This document shows positions 60,318 to 64,000 of a stretch of 64,000 bases of DNA, one piece after another (position 1 is the stretch's first letter; every line of letters starts with the position of its first letter). Source of the stretch: an uncultured archaeon. Its GTDB lineage: Archaea > Aenigmatarchaeota > Aenigmatarchaeia > QMZP01 > QMZT01. Where the stretch lies: the NCBI GenBank assembly GCA_964613955.1, contig CAZTJN010000001.1, positions 97,656 through 161,655 of the forward strand. The letters run 5' to 3'. Below the pieces are notes generated by a model. The model did not search any database. It saw only the letters and a program-made list of their open reading frames with translations, and had not been told where the DNA came from. The position numbers and the translations under genes were made by a program.

Positions 60318-61187
60318 ATGGACAAACCATACCTACGTTATGGAATTCAGCTTCAGGAATTGCTTGCTGTGAAACATGGCATAAAACCAGTCCTAAGGAC
60401 TGTGATAAATCCTAAAAATATCAAAAATATAGAAACCCTCTGCAGGGAAGATAATATGTTCTCCATGACAAAATCTTTCAACCATCTTTATGGGACAAAG
60501 TTTGATTCAGCCCTGAACGTAATCTACATCTCCAAATCCAAGGATTTATTGAATAAAGCATACCTGTCCGATAAGTCAGGAGACAGAAAAAAGCTTGGGG
60601 AAGTTCTGGGGTATCCGGAGTGTTGCGTTGAATTTTTCTCAGGAGCACTCAAAGACGCGGAATCTCCTTTTCCGGTTAAAACATATCTTAAAACAAATGG
60701 CAAGCCTTCATTTCTGGTTAACAATGTTTTCAAGCTCGAATCCAGACTAAGTTCCAGTGGGGTTGAAAAAATCCAGAAAAATCCCGATTTTGCCAACAGG
60801 ATTTCCCACCTTTTCTTGATATCCCACATACCCTGCTCATACAATTGCAGAGAAAGCATTAAAATAGGCAGGGAAATGCTCGTCCTGCTGAAAAGGGAAG
60901 AACCTGAGCTGGCAAAGGAAATAGCATCCACACTCAAGAAGCCATTGCTCTTTTTTGACGACCTGAATTGGGTGATATTTGATGGCAAGGTGAACGGCAA
61001 AATTATAGATTACACCTCTATATGGCCTCCCTTATCACTGATGCCGGAAAACCTTATAAACAAATTCAGGGAAGGGGACAAGGTTAAAGTGGGAAAGGAA
61101 TATGTGGAAATATTCAGAGATGGTGAAATCATACACAGAATAAAAAAGAAACATAAATATGATGGAATTCTTTTGGATTTTTCATGA
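60318..61187 (+). CDS. DUF483-like protein
   Basis: YISKS..LGEVLGYPECCVEFF and LISHIPCSYNC. Confidence 0.7.
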   Translation: MDKPYLRYGIQLQELLAVKHGIKPVLRTVINPKNIKNIETLCREDNMFSMTKSFNHLYGTKFDSALNVIYISKSKDLLNKAYLSDKSGDRKKLGEVLGYPECCVEFFSGALKDAESPFPVKTYLKTNGKPSFLVNNVFKLESRLSSSGVEKIQKNPDFANRISHLFLISHIPCSYNCRESIKIGREMLVLLKREEPELAKEIASTLKKPLLFFDDLNWVIFDGKVNGKIIDYTSIWPPLSLMPENLINKFREGDKVKVGKEYVEIFRDGEIIHRIKKKHKYDGILLDFS

Positions 61188-62117
61188 TTACGGAACGGGA
61201 ACCAGCTCCTCAAAACCCCTTCTTTCTGCATATTCCTTGAATATCCCTTCACACACGTTGTAGTACTTACAACCTACACATTGAGGACCCCTGACCCTTC
61301 CATACTCCCTTCTGTTTTTTTCCACATTTAAATCCTTGAATTCAGGTCCCACGTGCTCCTCCTTCAATCTGTCCTTACTTTCGTATTCACTCAGGTAACT
61401 CTCGTATCCCACACCAAGCATGTAACACAGAGGAAGGTATCTCATTACAAAATGGTTGATCTTGTGGGATTTTCCCACTATTATGGTTTTTGGTATATAA
61501 TCAACTATTTCCTTAAGTGTTGGGACGATTTCTTCAAAGTTTTTCAGTGCATTCCCGCGTGGGTGTATGAAAATGAATTCGCATGCATCCGCCCCGAGTT
61601 TTATGTTGTTCTCTGCTATCTGCGGGAGATATTTGTAGTTCGGTCTTACTATAACGGTATTCGTACAAAGGTAAATGTCCGGCTTTATCTCTTTTATGTT
61701 CTTCATTCCAGCCGTTAACTGTTTGAATGCTCCCGGTGACCTTGTGAGGTAATCGTGGAGTTCTGCATTATGTCCGTGTATCGAAAATATGATGTGATTC
61801 AAACCGCATTTTATGATTCTTTCAGCGAAATCTTTGTAATAAAGCATCCTCCCGTTCGTGGTCATGCCTATTGTGTTATAACCGAGTTTTCTTGCATAAT
61901 CAATAAGCTCGAAAATATCCTTTCTTATTGCCGGTTCACCTCCTAAGAAATCTACGAAATTGCAACCTCTTTTAAATCCTTCTTCCAGTTCTTCTTTGGC
62001 CTCTTTAGTTGTTTTGGCTTTTATATTTTTATTAAATCTTTTGTCTGCGCAGTAGCAGAAACGACAGTTGTTGTTGCATTCATACCCCAAGATTAGAGAA
62101 AGTTTTCTTGTGACCAT
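61188..62117 (-). CDS. Radical SAM enzyme, HxsC-like
   Basis: CNNNCRFC, GGEPAIR, TTNGRM, SIHGH..HD, YLPLC, C-terminal CVGCKYYNVCEGIFKEY. Confidence 0.85.
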   Translation of the reverse strand: MVTRKLSLILGYECNNNCRFCYCADKRFNKNIKAKTTKEAKEELEEGFKRGCNFVDFLGGEPAIRKDIFELIDYARKLGYNTIGMTTNGRMLYYKDFAERIIKCGLNHIIFSIHGHNAELHDYLTRSPGAFKQLTAGMKNIKEIKPDIYLCTNTVIVRPNYKYLPQIAENNIKLGADACEFIFIHPRGNALKNFEEIVPTLKEIVDYIPKTIIVGKSHKINHFVMRYLPLCYMLGVGYESYLSEYESKDRLKEEHVGPEFKDLNVEKNRREYGRVRGPQCVGCKYYNVCEGIFKEYAERRGFEELVPVP

Positions 62118-62183
62118 CTTGACCTACGAAATATTTATAAACAAGTTTTATAACTTTAAATTTACGACCATCAACCAATTAAT

Positions 62184-62659
62184 ATGGAAACTAAAAACTA
62201 CCATGTACAAAGTTGCCTACTCGATTCGTTTATCAGACAAATTAAAAATTTCGCTCTTAAAAATTTAAAAAATTATTATATTTTTTCATTTCTCATTCAA
62301 GGATATTACCCCAGATAATGGTGAGAAAATCAAGAAAATTGTCAAAGACCAGAATCATGGAGGTCTGCGGTTTCGGTGAGCATATCCCATTCAGGGAAAG
62401 ATTATTCGAAGTGATATTAATGCAATCCTCCTATGCACATTTTTCCAATTTAGAAAAGGTTCTTAAAAATGTATACAAAACTTTAAATGACAGAGGGAGG
62501 CTCGTGATATTCGAGGAGCATGCACTAATTATCAAGGAATCAGAATTCTGGACAAAGCACTGCAGAGACCATAATCTAAAAGAAGCAATTTCAGAAATCA
62601 AAAAATATAAATTCAAAATTATTGACAATTTTGAGCATAACGGGAGTTGGGGATTTTAG
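62184..62659 (+). pseudogene. Class I SAM methyltransferase remnant
   Basis: 62318-62659 carries only C-terminal motifs (EHIPF..FEVI..H..VLKNVYKTL..GRLVIFE) and no GxG motif I; preceded by a 44-aa ORF 62184-62318 with TAATG overlap. Confidence 0.6.
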
Positions 62660-62683
62660 CGATAAAACAGGGAGATTAGAACT

Positions 62684-63649
62684 CTAACAGAATTCCTTTT
62701 CAAACTGTTCAAGGGTTTTCACCTTCCTTCCTAGGACTGGTTTAAGTTCATTAAGACCATAAAGGTTTGCATACTCTTTCCACAGACCATAACAAATGTC
62801 ATCAAATCTACATTTTTTACATGTACTTCCCTTTAACATGTTTTTTTTGAGTTCAGATTCTATTATCATTGTGAAGTTCGGGTTCTTTATTACCATTTTG
62901 GATGGGATTTTTATGAAGTTTATGTATTTTTCATGGCCCTCTAGGAAGCATGGTGGTATGTAACTAATTCCCATATTCCTGTCCGAAAATGTATTCAGAA
63001 CATCTGTAATGTAGGTGATTACATCAGAGATCGTGGGTATTGCTTCCTTATTTATTAATAAACTTCCACATGCCGTTGCAAAACTAAGAGTTACATGACC
63101 AACCCCAAGTTTCCATGAGAATTTTGCTATTTCAGAAAGGTATTTGTAGTTGAGTTTTGTTATTGCTACAATTACCTCTACATTTAAAACATTACCTGCA
63201 TATCTAACCAAGTTTTTAATTCCACTGACAGTTTCCCCAAAACTCCCTTTAACCCCTGTCAATTTTTCATGCAGCTTTGGCTTGTGTCCATAAATGAATA
63301 CTGAAAAAATGTTTGCTCCAGATTTTATCATTTTCCTTGCGTATTCTTTATCACTAAATTTTCTCCCGTTGCTCTCTATACAAATATTTTTGAAGCCCAA
63401 ACTTTTTGCATAAGATATGATTTGCATAATATTCGGTCTGATCGTTACTTCCCCTCCTGTAAATTTAACATCATCGGCAAACTTTTTAATTATTTTTAGC
63501 TCCTTCCTAACGTCCTCTGCGCTTTTTCTTGGAAAATCTTCTTTGTTCAAGGAGCAAAATGAGCATCTGTTGTTGCAGTTCGGACCCAGATAGACTTCAG
63601 GGACGAAAAGCTGTTTTATGTTGCTACTCATACCTAAAACCCCAAACAA
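62684..63649 (-). CDS. Radical SAM enzyme, HxsC-like (paralog of 61188-62117; start may be ATG 63631)
   Basis: CNNRCSFC, GGEVTIR, ESNGRK, YIPPC, CKKCRFDDICYGLWKEY. Confidence 0.85.
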   Translation of the reverse strand: MFGVLGMSSNIKQLFVPEVYLGPNCNNRCSFCSLNKEDFPRKSAEDVRKELKIIKKFADDVKFTGGEVTIRPNIMQIISYAKSLGFKNICIESNGRKFSDKEYARKMIKSGANIFSVFIYGHKPKLHEKLTGVKGSFGETVSGIKNLVRYAGNVLNVEVIVAITKLNYKYLSEIAKFSWKLGVGHVTLSFATACGSLLINKEAIPTISDVITYITDVLNTFSDRNMGISYIPPCFLEGHEKYINFIKIPSKMVIKNPNFTMIIESELKKNMLKGSTCKKCRFDDICYGLWKEYANLYGLNELKPVLGRKVKTLEQFEKEFC

Positions 63650-63688
63650 TTTAATACTTTAATATGTAAGTTTTAAAAGTGATTTAGT

Positions 63689-64000
63689 ATGGATTTAAAG
63701 TACGCTTCAGAAAATGGTTTGAATCCTCAGGAAGTTTTGTTGCTAATGAACGATATGAAATCTGTAATAAGATCTGGGATACCTTCAAAGAAATGTTACA
63801 AGAATCTGGTATTTTCATGCAATAAATATGGACTACATTTTCTGAAGGGGAAATTCAAAGAAGGTTCAGAGGAACAGGTTTTTTATATATCTAAATCAAA
63901 AAGTTTGGCAAGAGATGCCTACGAGGCGGAAAGAGGCGGTAATAAAAAAGAATTGGGGAGACTTCTAGGATACCCAGAATGTTGCATAGATTTTTTCGTA
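63689..64000 (+). CDS. DUF483-like protein, second copy (3' truncated by window)
   Basis: Not in ORF track; manual translation MDLKYASENGLNPQEVLLL..YISKSKSLA..KELGRLLGYPECCIDFFV. Confidence 0.75.
   Translation, partial: MDLKYASENGLNPQEVLLLMNDMKSVIRSGIPSKKCYKNLVFSCNKYGLHFLKGKFKEGSEEQVFYISKSKSLARDAYEAERGGNKKELGRLLGYPECCIDFFV

Noticed and set aside
62184..62318. 44-aa ORF as an HxsA-type precursor peptide
   Set aside because: No His-Xaa-Ser repeats; better explained as the N-terminal remnant of the broken methyltransferase
75..62628. Numerous short antisense or alternate-frame ORFs in the track (e.g. 75-467, 16342-16947, 18323-18886, 57815-58324)
   Set aside because: Shadow ORFs fully overlapping well-supported genes, with no recognisable motifs

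Overview
This looks like an archaeal window, most likely DPANN-type (Aenigmarchaeota/Woesearchaeota-like). That call is inferred from compact packing, TATA boxes about 25-30 nt upstream of ATGs, a GGAGGTGA RBS, sequon-rich secreted proteins and DUF483-like genes. There are three blocks. (1) 1-18.3 kb is a cell-surface block. It holds a cluster that reads like a donor-strand-complemented fibre/pilus kit: pilin-like subunit, tip adhesin with the same domain, a 78-aa two-strand adaptor, a cadherin-like anchor and two WxLIP/chaperone-like membrane proteins. It also holds a wHTH-led operon with a palindromic operator, encoding a 1739-aa Cys-rich LamG protein and a tail-fibre-like protein. (2) 18.3-60.3 kb is a glyco-tailoring island with 8 intact GT-C (ArnT/PMT-like) transferases plus 2 deletion remnants, 4 Dol-P-sugar-synthase-like GT2s, 5 B12-binding and 4 twitch/SPASM radical SAM enzymes, 2 flippase-like proteins, a DegT aminotransferase, 2 SDRs, an FAD oxidoreductase, a DUF362 Fe-S protein, an alpha/alpha-barrel protein and a carbamoyltransferase. 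I recognised no GT4 and no AglB. (3) 60.3-64 kb is a duplicated DUF483-like plus HxsC-like radical SAM module that runs off the window. No rRNA, tRNA, CRISPR array or intact mobile element was seen. All family calls come from motif recognition by eye, not database searches.
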